From an uncultured Spirochaetota bacterium (GTDB lineage: Bacteria > Spirochaetota > UBA4802 > UBA5550): 64,000 nt of DNA. Below are positions 32,905 through 44,319 of this stretch, one piece after another. The DNA is taken from NCBI GenBank assembly GCA_963827275.1, contig CAWHAA010000004.1:352001-416000 (forward strand). Direction: 5' to 3'. The notes below the pieces were generated by a model. The model did not search any database, was not told the DNA's origin, and worked only from the letters and a program-made list of their open reading frames with translations. Position 1 is the stretch's first letter. Each line of letters opens with the position of its first letter. A program made the translations under genes and the position numbers.

Positions 32905-33801
32905 ATGAGATCATATAACAAGAGAAGCGTTGCAATAATAACCAGTATTACCATGGCCGTATGCCTGGGCGTGCTGGGCGCGAGAACGGCGCAGTCAAAG
33001 ATAATAACAAACGTGCCCGCGGACGTCAGCGGGGACGAGCTGAAGGCCATTGTCATCGAGGATTTTGAAAACTCGGTCATAGGCGATAACGGATGGGTGG
33101 TGGATTCGGTGCCGAAGAAATTCGTGAAGGCGGAGACCGAACAGAAGCTGAAGCTCAAGAACCCGATCAACAGGCTGGAGATGAAGGTGATCGGCGGCGG
33201 CCCCAACGACATGAACGTCGAGGAATGGTCGCTCACCGACAAGGGCAAGAAAAAGGAAAAATGCCTCGGGGTGGCCTTCCAGTTCAGGTACCCGGGGAAG
33301 AACGAGGTCCATATCATTGCGCCTCCCCAGGTCGACTGGAGAGACAAAACGCCGAAGCTGACGAACAATCCCTCCACGGGAAAAGACGAGCAGGAGCGGG
33401 GTATTGAGCTGCCCGGAAAGTGCAAGGGCATATCGATCTGGGTGCATGGCCGCGGGCACCCCTATGATCTGGAAGCATGGGTCAAGGATTACCGGGGTTC
33501 GACGCACATCATCAAGCTCGGTTCGATAAATTTTATCGGCTGGAGACCGATGACCGGCTGGATACCGGTCTCCGTTCCCCAGGAGTTCCAGTCGTTTCCG
33601 CAGACGCGGGTCACCAAGATCACGCGGTTTGTAATCCGCGCGGTCCCGAACGCACCGCGTGAAGAGCTGATGGAGATGACGTACTTTTTCTTCGACCAGC
33701 TGAAGGTCCTGACCGACACCTATGAGGTCAACTTCGACGGCAACGAGCTGCACAAGATATTTGACGGCGGGTCCAAGGGCGGAGAAAAGAAACAGAATTA
33801 A
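32905..33801 (+). CDS. flaA: Flagellar filament outer-layer (sheath) protein FlaA, second paralog
   Basis: IEDFE, CLGVAFQF, ISIWVHGRG, LGSINFIGWR, FFFDQLK. Confidence 0.85.
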   Translation: MRSYNKRSVAIITSITMAVCLGVLGARTAQSKIITNVPADVSGDELKAIVIEDFENSVIGDNGWVVDSVPKKFVKAETEQKLKLKNPINRLEMKVIGGGPNDMNVEEWSLTDKGKKKEKCLGVAFQFRYPGKNEVHIIAPPQVDWRDKTPKLTNNPSTGKDEQERGIELPGKCKGISIWVHGRGHPYDLEAWVKDYRGSTHIIKLGSINFIGWRPMTGWIPVSVPQEFQSFPQTRVTKITRFVIRAVPNAPREELMEMTYFFFDQLKVLTDTYEVNFDGNELHKIFDGGSKGGEKKQN

Positions 33802-33842
33802 GTAGCTACATTTTACATAGCAGCATTTCTTTTTAGACCGGG

Positions 33843-33880
33843 AATACCCATCGACTTCAGTGATGGGTATTTTCTATTTT
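33843..33880 (+). terminator. Intrinsic terminator after the flaA pair
   Basis: AATACCCATC-loop-GATGGGTATT followed by a T-rich tract. Confidence 0.7.
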
Positions 33881-34053
33881 TGAAATATTTAATTTTCGGT
33901 TAACAGAGCGGCGCGATGCGCTCCCTGTACCGGCAGTGGATTCGATGCCGGCGCGGCCAACACCCGCGCCGTTTGTCTCGCCGCCGGTGTCAGGCGGATA
34001 CGGCGGTGAGCAGTCGGGGGATCCGCCACAGAATATACAACGAGGTCGATGGC

Positions 34054-36759
34054 ATGTCAAAACAAAAGATAATGGAAAAACTTGATTCGCTTTTCAAGGA
34101 GGAGATGTGGGGAAGGATCGAGCCGAAGGATATCGGCATCTCCAAGTTCAAAATCCTGGATGACCTGTTCAACTCCGTGGTCTCGGAGGACGCTATCCAG
34201 GAGACGGTGGAGGCGTGCAAAAAGCACATGGAGGACCATCCCGAGTCGATCACCTCGATGTATCTCCTGGGCGAGATCGGCAACCACCTTGACCGCCCCG
34301 AGGACGCGAAGAAGCTGCGCGGTCTCATTGAAATATTCACCGGCTACCACAAGTGGGCGGTGGTGGAGCTCATCGCGGAAAAGATCCTCGAGTACGGCGA
34401 ATCGAGCGCCGCGCTCCGCGCCCAGGCGCTGAGCCTGGAGCGGCTCGGGCGGAACAAGGACGCGATACCCGTGCTCGAAAGCCTCCTCAAGATCGACCGC
34501 TTCGACGCCGACCTCGCGAAAAAGCTCGCCTTCGCTATTGTGGACGAGCAGCCGGAAAAGAGCATCTACTACATGAAGCTGTCGATAGAGGGCTTCATCA
34601 AGAACAAGAAGTACGAAGAGGTAAGCAGCCTCTGGAGCAAGCTCGTCTCCGTGTCATGGGGCGATATCGCCTTCTTCGAGAGGATCGAGCGCTTCCTGGT
34701 TGAGGCCAAGCAGTTCGACCTTGTGGCCGCCCTCATCAAGATACTCCTCCAGAAGTACCGCGACCAGGAGAACCCGGACCTGTCGATAGAGCTGCTGAAG
34801 AAAGTCTTGAAATACCGCCCGGATGACGCGCATGCGCGCCGCGACCTCATCAACCTCTACCGGGTAAAGTACAAGGACCATACGCAGTTCGAACAGTTCA
34901 TGAAACTGTCGAAGCTCGCCAATTACAAGACGCCGGTCAAGTACGCGATACAGGATTTCGAAAAGAATATCGTGTTCGACGTCGGGAACCACGCCTATCA
35001 TAACACGTGGAAGCTGGGAAAAATCGTGGCGATGGACAATGAAAACATCGTGATCAACTTCAGCGGCAAGCCCGACCACAAGATGTCGATACAGATGGCG
35101 CTCCAATCCCTGATGCCGATACCGAATGACCACCTCTACGTGGTGCAGTACGAGGACCCGGATTACACGAAGAACCTTTTCAAGGACGATTTCATGCAGT
35201 TTTTCGAGATCCTTATCAGGTCGTACGGCGGCAAGATCCTGCTTGAGGACGTCAAGCGGGAGCTCATCCCGGCCTATGTAACGGAAAAGGGCTGGTCGAA
35301 ATGGTGGAGCAAGGCGCGGACGAAGATCAAGCGCGATCCGCATTACGGGTTCTCCGAGAAGAAGAAGGACCTGATCTTTACCCGCGACAAGCCGGTGACC
35401 TTCGCCGAGGAGCTGCTGGAGAGCTTTACCGGGTCGGATTCCTTCAGCAAGAAGCTCGACATCGCGATTGAGTTCGTCAACAATATCGACACGAACGACG
35501 GGCTTTCGGTCGTTCCGTATTTCATCGATTATTTCACCGACGAGATGAAGGGAGACTCGGAGACGCGCCAGGTGCTCTCCTACATGATACTCAAGGACAT
35601 GACAAAATACGCCGATCCGGCAAAGCTAAAGCTTGACGCGCTGCGCCAGAAGGTCGTCGATTTCATCAAGGAGAGCAACGAACTGCCCCTCCTTTCGATG
35701 AAGATCTCGTCGTACGATTACAAGAAGGACCTGGTGAACCTCATCGAGGAGTCGCGCGAGGACTGGCCGCAGGTAGTCTCCGAGCTCCTTTTCGAGACGC
35801 CCGTGCGGATACACAAGTACATTATCAACAACCTCATCCGCGCCCACGCGTACAAGATACATCAACGGCTTTATCGACCGGGTGGTCACCGGCATGAAGC
35901 AGTACCCCGAGATATTCATCTGGGTCGCGCGGAACCTGTTCGGCAGGCAGTGGGACTATGACTGGCTCGATTATTCCCGTGAGCGCCTCGCGGTATCGTA
36001 CTTCCGGCTCATGAACGAGCTTAAAAAGATAGAGATGGAAGGGAACCGGCTGAAGAACATGACGGTCGACCTCCTGTTCGACAACAATTCCGCCGTTCTG
36101 CGGAACATCGTCGAGCAGTTCGACCCGGTGCTCCTGGGAAAGCTGCATGACCTCTTCAGCAATGTCTCCTATGTCGATGAGCCGCAGAAGGAGTCGTTCC
36201 TCGCCGCTTATCCGGGCGAAGTACGCGGACTTCCAGCCGGTCAAGGCGCAGCCCGACGAGGGATGGGAACAGGACGTCGAGAAGCTCATCGTTTCGCGCG
36301 AGGGATACGACAGGATGAAGGCCGAGCTGGACCGGCTCGTCACCGTCGAGATCGTGAACAATCTCCAGGGAACTCACCAAGGTGGCGGATGTTTCGGGCG
36401 ACATCAGGGAGAATGTCGAGTACAACGCCCTCATGGAAAAGCAGGCGACGCTCGAGCTGTCAATTTCGAAGCTCGACAACGAGATGAAAAAGGCCCAGGT
36501 GCTGAACCCGGACGAAATCTCGACCGATTCGGTGACCATCGGCACCCGCGTCATCCTCCAGGAGGAGGACACCGGCGAGGAGTGGGATTACACCATCCTC
36601 GGGCCCTGGGACGCGGATTTTGAAAAACGGGTCCTCTCGTACCGGTCCCCGATCGCCAAGTCGCTCCTCGGCTCCAGGCCGGGCGATACGGTGACCCTCG
36701 ACATCGAGGCGGGCCACAAGAAGTATAAAATCAAGGAGATACAGAAGTACCGGGTATAA
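34054..36759 (+). CDS. greA: Large transcription elongation factor GreA with long helical N-terminal extension, three frameshifts
   Basis: C-terminal GDIRENVEYNA, YTILGPWDAD..LSYRSPIAKSLLG; frames change near 35860, 36210 and 36365. Confidence 0.9.
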
Positions 36760-36765
36760 ATTATA

Positions 36766-36869
36766 AGGTGTCAGGGCCATCCCGCTCGCCCGCCTCGTAT
36801 AACCTCCTGTTGACTCGGCGGGGGCGGCGACGTCCGTGTCGCCTACTCGCCGGGATGGCCCCGACACCT
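36766..36869. repeat. 104-bp MITE/REP-like element with terminal inverted repeats
   Basis: AGGTGTCAGGGCCATCCCG (36766-36784) vs CGGGATGGCCCCGACACCT (36851-36869), 18/19 match; internal hairpin GGCGAC-GTCCGT-GTCGCC. Confidence 0.7.
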
Positions 36870-36964
36870 GAAATATATATGCTTGGACACACCTCTTTAA
36901 GGAAAAAATTAGAATTTATATTTGACAAATACCGCTCTTAATTCGTATGAGTTAAACGATACGA

Positions 36965-37050
36965 GCCGCGATGGTGGAATTTGGCAGACACGCAAGATTC
37001 AGGATCTTGTGGGCATTACGCCTGTGAGGGTTCAAGTCCCTCTCGCGGCA
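36965..37050 (+). tRNA. tRNA-Leu (anticodon CAG)
   Basis: Acceptor GCCGCGA/TCGCGGC, D arm TGGTGGAATTTGGCAGAC, anticodon arm CAAGA-TTCAGGA-TCTTG, long variable arm, GGTTCAAGTCC; CCA not encoded; TTGACA-N18-TATGAG upstream. Confidence 0.96.
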
Positions 37051-37058
37051 ATTTGCAG

Positions 37059-37092
37059 GGCGGGGTCACGTGACCCCGCCTTTCTGTTTTTT
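37059..37092 (+). terminator. Intrinsic terminator after the tRNA
   Basis: GGCGGGGTCA-CG-TGACCCCGCC then TTTCTGTTTTTT. Confidence 0.85.
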
Positions 37093-37162
37093 AAAATTTT
37101 TTTTTACGAGCACGCTCTCCCGATCGTATCCCCTGGTAGAAATGCTATAACAGGGGGTTCCC

Positions 37163-38017
37163 ATGCAAAAATATTTTGCACTCATGCCGCTGTTTGCGCT
37201 GCTGGCATCAGGGTGCGACACTCCGGAGCAGTTCAATCCGCTGTTTCAGCCGCTCTGGCAAAACAACACGCGGGGGCTGGAGGTAATCCTTGCTCCGGTG
37301 AGCATTCAGGAACAGGGAGCGGCGCGCGCAACGGCGCTTGTCATACTCGCCGATGGAAAGAAAAAGGAGGCGGAGAACGCCTGCTGGGACGCGCCTGACA
37401 CCGGCATCGCGACGGTGGACCGGGAAGGGACCGTGACCGGCATCGCGCCGGGGAGGGGGCGCATCGTCGCCAGCGTCGACGGTATGACGGCGACCGCCGA
37501 GCTGGAGGTGCGGCGGAGGATCGACTACTCGCGCATACGGATCAGCGAGGTGTTCTATGACGCGGAGGGGAGCGATGAGGGGACCGAATTCATCGAGCTC
37601 TATAACGACGGCGATTATCCCTGCGATATCGCGGGAATGTCCGTAACGGACGGCTCATCCGCGAGCCGGGCGTTTGTCCTTCCCGGGGGGAGCGTTATCG
37701 GGGCAAAGGGGTGTCTCGTGATAGCGCAATCAGAGGGCGGGTTTTTCAGCCTGTTCGGCATGTCTCCCGGGTGCGGGTATTTTACGTTCAGCCTGAACAA
37801 CAGCGGGGAGACCGTTCTCCTCTCGGCGCCGGACGGGGCACGGGTCGATGCCGTGTACATCAAAGGCGGCACGGACGAGTTCAGACCTGACGCGGCCTGG
37901 GGAAGCGCAGCCGGGCCTTCGGCGCCGGCGGGGAGCTCCGTATCCAGGACCGGGCCGGGCGACACTGATACGCAGGCGGACTGGGCAAGCGGTCCGCCGT
38001 CGCCGGGCCGACTCTGA
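37163..38017 (+). CDS. Lipoprotein with Ig-like (Big_2) and lamin-tail domains
   Basis: Lipobox LASGC; IATVD..GTVTG..PG...I.A; ISEVFYD...EFIELYN, LNNSGETV. Confidence 0.85.
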   Translation: MQKYFALMPLFALLASGCDTPEQFNPLFQPLWQNNTRGLEVILAPVSIQEQGAARATALVILADGKKKEAENACWDAPDTGIATVDREGTVTGIAPGRGRIVASVDGMTATAELEVRRRIDYSRIRISEVFYDAEGSDEGTEFIELYNDGDYPCDIAGMSVTDGSSASRAFVLPGGSVIGAKGCLVIAQSEGGFFSLFGMSPGCGYFTFSLNNSGETVLLSAPDGARVDAVYIKGGTDEFRPDAAWGSAAGPSAPAGSSVSRTGPGDTDTQADWASGPPSPGRL

Positions 38018-38049
38018 GCCGGAACGACGGCCCGCGGTATGCCGCAGCA

Positions 38050-38994
38050 TCAGGACTTCTTTTTTTTTGTTCCGGTCTTCTTCGCACCGGTCTTCCCGGG
38101 CACCGAACGGTAGAAGAAATAACCTATGACAATGAAGGTAATCACCGGTGATACCCAGTGGGGCACGTGAAAACCGAAGCTCTCCAGGAGCATGACGGTA
38201 CCGAGCCCCAGGATCGAGTACATGGCGCCGTTTTTCAGGAACTTGTATTTTTTTACCCGTTCTATGTTGCCCACGGTGAGCTGCCGGACTATGACGGCGC
38301 CGATGCCGTTGCCGAGAAGGATCAGCGGCACCGAAAGGGTGAAGGCGAAAGCGCCGAGGACCCCGTCGATCGAGAAGCTCATGTCGAGGACCTCGAGGTA
38401 GAGGATCTTGCTGATATCTGAGATGTTTTTCGCCGTGAGGCTTTTCTCCTTTTCCTCCGCGTTATGCCTGAACCCGTGCGTGATAAAAAACGCGGTGGAC
38501 CCCACGATGGCGGCAAAGGCCATCATGTTGTTCCTGCCCATTGCGAACCATGTGATGATCGTCAGGAGCACGGATACCACGGCATAAAACCAGACCCCGT
38601 GCCTGATAAAAAACGGCTCGAATGGGAACCCGATGTTCTTTTCATCGAGGAACAGCCAGTGGATGAACAGGAAGACCAGGAAGACGCCGCCGCCGGCAAG
38701 CAGTATGGGCGCCGACTCCTGTATGGCGGTAAGTACCTTGGGATCGTTTGAAAAAGTCGCGGTGATCGCATCGACCGGGCCGAGGCCCGGAATGGTGGCC
38801 CATACAATGAACCAGGGGAGGAGGCCCCGCACCAGGAACACGGCGATAAGTATCCCCCAGAGCAGGAACCAGCGCCGCGCTTTTTTCCCCATCGTTGAGA
38901 GGACTTCAGCGTTTATGATGGCGTTGTCGATGCTCGATATCGTCTCAAACAGGATCAGACCCAGCACGATGAGAACCATCGATACTATGTCCAT
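38050..38994 (-). CDS. DUF475 / TerC-like integral membrane protein
   Basis: SIDNAIINAEVL, LEVLDMSFSIDGVLGAFA, LKNGAMYSI. Confidence 0.88.
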   Translation of the reverse strand: MDIVSMVLIVLGLILFETISSIDNAIINAEVLSTMGKKARRWFLLWGILIAVFLVRGLLPWFIVWATIPGLGPVDAITATFSNDPKVLTAIQESAPILLAGGGVFLVFLFIHWLFLDEKNIGFPFEPFFIRHGVWFYAVVSVLLTIITWFAMGRNNMMAFAAIVGSTAFFITHGFRHNAEEKEKSLTAKNISDISKILYLEVLDMSFSIDGVLGAFAFTLSVPLILLGNGIGAVIVRQLTVGNIERVKKYKFLKNGAMYSILGLGTVMLLESFGFHVPHWVSPVITFIVIGYFFYRSVPGKTGAKKTGTKKKKS

Positions 38995-39184
38995 GTCGGC
39001 CTCCGTGATAAAGAAATGCACCCGTGCTATGCTGCGGTACAGTCCACTACGCATACCCGGCCCCACGGGTCAAATAAATTTTGCATTATCCGGCCGCCCC
39101 GTTCGTTACCGCAGTGTACGACGGCGCGGTACAGGCGCATCACGGGGCCTACGGGCCGCGCTAATCAACATGAGGAGGAAACGC

Positions 39185-39550
39185 ATGGCCCGCAGTATGA
39201 AAAGAAGATCCGCTGACGTTATCTATGAAATCAACGCGCACTGTCTCGATCTCATCGAGCTTTCCGGCTTTTTTTCAAAATTCAGGAAGAAGAAGCTCTT
39301 TGAATCGGTCATGATGGGGATATCGAATTCGGCACTTGATATGTTCGATATCGACACCTTCTGCTTCGGCCTTTGCGACAACCATTTTCACATCCTGCTA
39401 TGGACCTCCAGGGACGATAACAGGATGGCGCGGGCAATGCACTTTGTCCGCGAAAGGTTCGCCGAGGGAGTGAACCGCTCTCTCCGCCGGAACGGCCCTG
39501 TCTGGGACGGCCGGTGGTCGTGCCAGGTCAGGCGGCCGCCTTCAGACTGA
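39185..39550 (+). mobile_element. Truncated, degenerate REP-associated tyrosine transposase (RAYT / Y1 HUH)-like gene
   Basis: MAR..., NHFHILL (HUH), NRSLRRNGPVWDGRW (cf. GHVWQGRF); stops before the catalytic-Tyr helix; GAGGAGG RBS. Confidence 0.65.
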
Positions 39551-39703
39551 AACGGCGGATTTCCTGAAAAATATATCCATTAAACCGCCCCGGATTCCGA
39601 ACATAATATTAGGCCTGCCGTTCGGGATTCTCCCCCTGAAAGGGGCGGCGGAAGGCCGGAAAATCGTCCCGGTCCGGAACAACCCCGGCAAAAGAGGCAT
39701 ACT

Positions 39704-40147
39704 ATGGCACAGACACTTGCATTCCGCGATATCATCGAGGAGACCCGCCAGGAGCTCATCTTCGCGATCAAGGAGCGTATAACGGAGCTGACGCGGGGGA
39801 CGAGCGCGCCGGTCCAGTTGAAACGGGTGGTAGTGCGTGACGCGCCAGCGGCGCACGGCGATCTGCCGCGCCAATACGAGATAAAGAACGTGTATCTCGA
39901 CGACCGCAATACGCTCTGCGGCGACCTTGCGGGCAGGGATGACCGGTACGACGCCGGGGTGCTGTTCGGAAAAAACATCGAGTCCCTTGCCGCCGACGAC
40001 CTCAAGGTGCTGCTGGATTCCCTCTACGGCACCGGCTATAGCGTCAGTTGCGCGGATTATGAAGAGATCTTCCCGGAGCGCCAGGCCGGCCTGTACGAAT
40101 TCCTGATGACGCGGAAAGCCGGCATCTCGCGCATGCTTCGCAGGTAA
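39704..40147 (+). CDS. Hypothetical protein
   Basis: 147 aa, AGAGG RBS, host-like codon use. Confidence 0.7.
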   Translation: MAQTLAFRDIIEETRQELIFAIKERITELTRGTSAPVQLKRVVVRDAPAAHGDLPRQYEIKNVYLDDRNTLCGDLAGRDDRYDAGVLFGKNIESLAADDLKVLLDSLYGTGYSVSCADYEEIFPERQAGLYEFLMTRKAGISRMLRR

Positions 40148-40160
40148 CCCCCGCCCTCCG

Positions 40161-41481
40161 TCAACGGTCGTTTTTCATGGACAGCGGCTGTCCCGTCGCG
40201 CTCATCACGTCATACAAAAAACGCGACGAGGGGTCGATCGTTTTCCTCTTTGAGACCGCGAGCTCGATGGGCACGTGGGTGTAGATGTTGTTCCAGAGCC
40301 CTATGGCCATGTCGGTCTTTCCCGCCATTCCCGCGTGGACCGCGTACTGCCCCAGCTGCGCGCAGAAGATGGAGTCGTTGGGCACCGGGGGCGCGCTCCT
40401 GATGAGGTAGCTCGGGTCGATATACTTGAGGTTTATCTCGATCCCCTGCCCGCTGAAGAACCTGTTGATGGCCGATTTTAAAAACACGCCGATGTCATCG
40501 AGCTTCACATTCCCGGAGGCGTCGTGCTGGCGCGCGGCCCGGTCATTTTCAATGAGGTCCTGCCCCGCGCCCTCGGCGACGCAGATGACGGCATGGTGCC
40601 GGGCCAGCATTCTCTTCTTTAGATGGGCGAGGAAGCCGTTTTCGCCGTCGAGGTCGAAGGGGACTTCGGGCAGGAGGACGAAGTTGACGTCGCTCATGGC
40701 AAGGCAGGCGTGCGCGGCGATAAAGCCCGAATGCCGCCCCATGAGCTTCACGAGCCCGATCCCGTTGGGCGCGCCCTTCGATTCGACGTGCGCCGCGTAG
40801 ATCGAATCCACCGCCTGCGAGTAGGCGGTCTCGAATCCGAAGGTGCGCTGTATGAAGCTTATGTCATTGTCGATCGTCTTGGGGATGCCCACGACGGCGA
40901 GGTCAAGGCCGCGTTGTTCTGCGATCGCCGCGATTTTATGCGCCCCCTTCAGGGTGCCGTCACCCCCGATGGTATAGAAGATGTTGATGCCGAGACGCCC
41001 GAGGGTGTCGACCAGGGTCTCCATCTCCTCGGTGCCGCCCCGGGAGGACCCGAGGATGGTGCCACCCTCGAGGTGTATGTCTTCAACCAGCTCGGGGTCC
41101 AGCTGCACCGGCTCATACCCGTTGGCGGGGTCCAGGCCGCTGTAGCCGTACCGGAACCCGATGATCGACTGCGCGCCGTAGCGGTGGAACGACTCCATGA
41201 CGATGGAGCGGATGACCGCGTTGATGCCGGGGCAGAGCCCCCCGCATGTCGCGATGGCGGAGCGCGTCTCTTCCGGCCTGAAGTGAATCATCCTTCTCGG
41301 GCCTGCCTGCTCGAAGCTGTGCCCGGGCTCAATGCGGCCGGCGTTGTAGTCCGTAATCATCGGATCGTATATGATCCTGACGTCGTCGCTCACGAAGGAC
41401 CCGTCGGTTAACAATCCTTTCTTCGATCAGCGGCGTCTGCACGGCTGATCGCCCGAGATTTTTGATCGTGAAATCCATCAT
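40161..41481 (-). CDS. pfkA: 6-phosphofructokinase, probably ATP-dependent (group X); frameshift near 41410
   Basis: TCGGLCPGIN, GTILGSSRG, GGDGT, PKTIDND, KLMGRHSG, YIDPSYLIRS. Confidence 0.92.
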
Positions 41482-41709
41482 GTTCCTCCAGGTCGGAAAT
41501 GGGCGTGTCCCGGCCCGCGCAATCACGCGGCGGCGGTTCGTATCACCATAAGAAAGAGTAACGAGGAGCGCCAAATAATCAACAAAAAAACAGGGGCCCG
41601 CGTCAAGCTGAAACGACGATTATGCTTGACAGGGCCGGTCTTGGGGTTAAAACTACAAACTAATTTTTTCGAAAGCGGGTCCCTGCCGTTCACGGGGGGG
41701 AGGGAGATT

Positions 41710-42903
41710 ATGAAACCGAAGTATAACAGGGTCGGCATCCTTTTTTCCGGAGGCCCGGCGCCCAGCGCGAACGCCGTCATATCGTCGACCGCGGTCAATT
41801 TTCTCGACAACAACGTGCCGGTCATCGGGATCATGCGGGGGTACGAGTTCCTCCAGGATTTCAACAAGAACTACCCGAAGCTACGGAAAGAGCTCCATTA
41901 CGGGACCATCACCCACGAGATCACCAAGGCGCGGAACAGGTGCGGGATTTTTCTCCGCACCTCCCGGGCGAACCCGGGAAAAGATATCAGGACTATGGAA
42001 GACCTGAACAACCCGGAGAAGAACGCGCGGCTCAGGAACATCCTCGACGCCTTCGAATACCTGGAGCTCGGCGCCCTGGTGTCCATCGGCGGTGACGACA
42101 CGCTCAAGACGGCGAATTATCTCTGGCTGATGGGCTTCCCGGTCATCCATATACCGAAGACCATCGACAACGACTATTACGGCATCCCCTGGACCTTCGG
42201 CTACTGGACCGCGGTGGACGTGGCGCAGAAAATCCTGCTGAACCTGAAGGCCGACGCCCAGGCAACGGACAGCTTTTTCATCGTGGAGCTCATGGGCAGG
42301 AAGTCGGGGTGGATCACCTACGCGTCCGGGATAGCGGCCGAGGCAATTTTAATGATATCCTCCGAGGACATCGAGGAGGACGTGGTCAACCTGGGGCAGC
42401 TCGTGGAGCGGATCACCGACGTCATCATCACCAGGGAAAACGACCACAAGCCGTACGGCGTGATCGCCATATCCGAAGGGATCGTGGACAAGCTGCCGGA
42501 GGAGCTCAAGCCGAAGGGGACCGACAAGCACGGCAACCTCAGGCTACGGCGAGGCGAAGATATCCACCATACTGGCGGAGCATGTAAAGGACCGGTACAA
42601 GGAGAAGACCGGCCTCGATGTGAAGATAACCCCGAAGCAGGTCGGCTACGAGATCCGTTCGGCCCATCCCACGGCGTTTGACGTGGTCATGGGGAGCATG
42701 CTCGGCTACGGCGCCGCCAGGTATTTCTGGACGACAATTTCGGGGTCATGGTCTCGGTCACGGACAATTTCGACCTGAAGGCGGTCCCCTTTTCCGAACT
42801 CATCGACAGGGACACCCTCCTCACCAAGCTGCGCGACGTCCCGCGGGGGAGCGATTTCTTCAATCTCAAGAACAAGCTCCAGTATTCGGACATCTTCGAT
42901 TGA
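41710..42903 (+). CDS. 6-phosphofructokinase, probably PPi-dependent; frameshifts near 42545 and 42720
   Basis: FSGGPAPSAN, GGDDT, PKTIDND, ELMGRKSG, later GYEIRS in a shifted frame. Confidence 0.9.
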
Positions 42904-42921
42904 GGAAAGGGGCGGCGACAG

Positions 42922-43396
42922 ATGAAAAAACTATTCCTTTCTCTCCCGTTACTCGCTCTCGTCATCACGGCCGCGGGATGTTCCCGCGACCGGGCGCCAG
43001 CGAGCTTTGACGGCGTGTTCGAAAAGCTCATCGCGGCCAGGAATTTCGGAGAGGCGAAGGGCTTTTATACCGGCGGCACCATCGACGCCATTAATCGACG
43101 CCGTCAGCGACGGCGTCATCGCGGAAAAGGACCGGCTGCGTATACTGCCGCTTTTCAATGAGAAGACGAGATGGGAAGAGTTGTCAAGGAAATCGGACGG
43201 GTCGAAAGGGGAGATCAGGCTCCGCTACACCGAGCACCCGGTGGAGAACAGGACCGGGCAGGAGATGGTGTTCCGTATGGAAAAAGAGGGCGGCTCATGG
43301 AAAATCGACCTTGAGGATGAGATCCGGCAGGCCCTGAAGGGCCGTGAAAAGGGCAGCGCCGTGGATTATATAAAGCGCATTACCAGGAAATATTAA
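42922..43396 (+). CDS. Hypothetical lipoprotein; frameshift near 43095
   Basis: MKK start with lipobox AAGC; continues in a second frame to MEKEGGSWKIDL. Confidence 0.65.
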
Positions 43397-43975
43397 TACA
43401 TCGAGATTGCGAGGTTGAGGATGATCTCTTCCATGAGCTCTTTCGCTTCCTCGTCATCGGGAAATCGCTCGATGAAATTGAGGCATGATATGTACGCCAT
43501 GTACAGGGCGCCTGTTTCGATGTAGAGGTTTATCAGGTTGAAATGGATCTCCTCGATGTCCTGGCTTGACCTCGAGGGACCTGCTATAGTGGTAGATTGC
43601 CTGCTCGGGCTCCCCCATTTCCCAGCATACCCCGGCAAGGTTGGCAAGGGTGACCGCGTCATTCGGGTTCAGTCGTATGGACCGTTCGAGGACCTGTTTT
43701 GATTTTTTGAATTTTCCCAGCTCGCACAGGGTGATGCCGAGGCCGTTCAGGATGTCGGGATCGCTGCTGTCGAGCATGGCCCCGATGCTGAACAGCCTGA
43801 GGGCCTTGTCGTAATCGCCCATCTCGACATATTCGTAGCCGGTATCGATGAGAAGGGACGGGTTCTCTTTCAGTTCGATGAGGTCTTCCATCCCGATCTG
43901 CATCTCCCTCAGGATAAGGGAGTTGATCTTCTTCTGGGCCCGCTGGCTCGTTCTTTGTTTCTCGGTAATGGTCAT
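43393..43975 (-). CDS. TPR-repeat protein; frameshift near 43560
   Basis: Repeated LG...G.Y..A....AI.LNP-type helices across two frames. Confidence 0.8.
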
Positions 43976-44319
43976 TGCGTTATGTCTAATAGACGTATTT
44001 TGACACTATTGGCGGAGATGCTTTATGTCAATAAAAAATATAAATTTTAATTAATCGCGCCCTCCGGGGCGCGGCTGGCGGGCACGGGCTTCCCGCCCGG
44101 GCCGTCCTCCGGGCCCGCGCCGATGGTATGAAAAAACTACTTGACTGTTTCCCGGTATTATTTCTTATTGAAAAATTCTGGTACAAAACCGGAACATGTT
44201 CGTCCGGTCTCCGGTTGATTGAGAAGGGATGATTGCGGCACATCCGGGTAACGGGTGCCCGCCGAAAAACGTTCACTGCAACATGTTCGTCACACAGTAA
44301 TACACCAAGGAGTTATCGA

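Noticed and set aside
35850..36380. Programmed frameshifting in greA and other split genes
   Set aside because: Multiple shifts per gene, no consistent slippery sites, and many unrelated genes affected; sequencing error is more likely
39610..39690. c-di-GMP-I-like riboswitch (CCCC-TGAAA-GGGG then GGCGGAAGGCC) upstream of the 39704 gene
   Set aside because: Only a partial resemblance; the conserved 5' motif and the second stem could not be identified. An Rfam scan would settle it
37050..40150. Integrative element inserted at tRNA-Leu
   Set aside because: No integrase and no duplicated tRNA 3' end were found downstream; a normal terminator follows the tRNA
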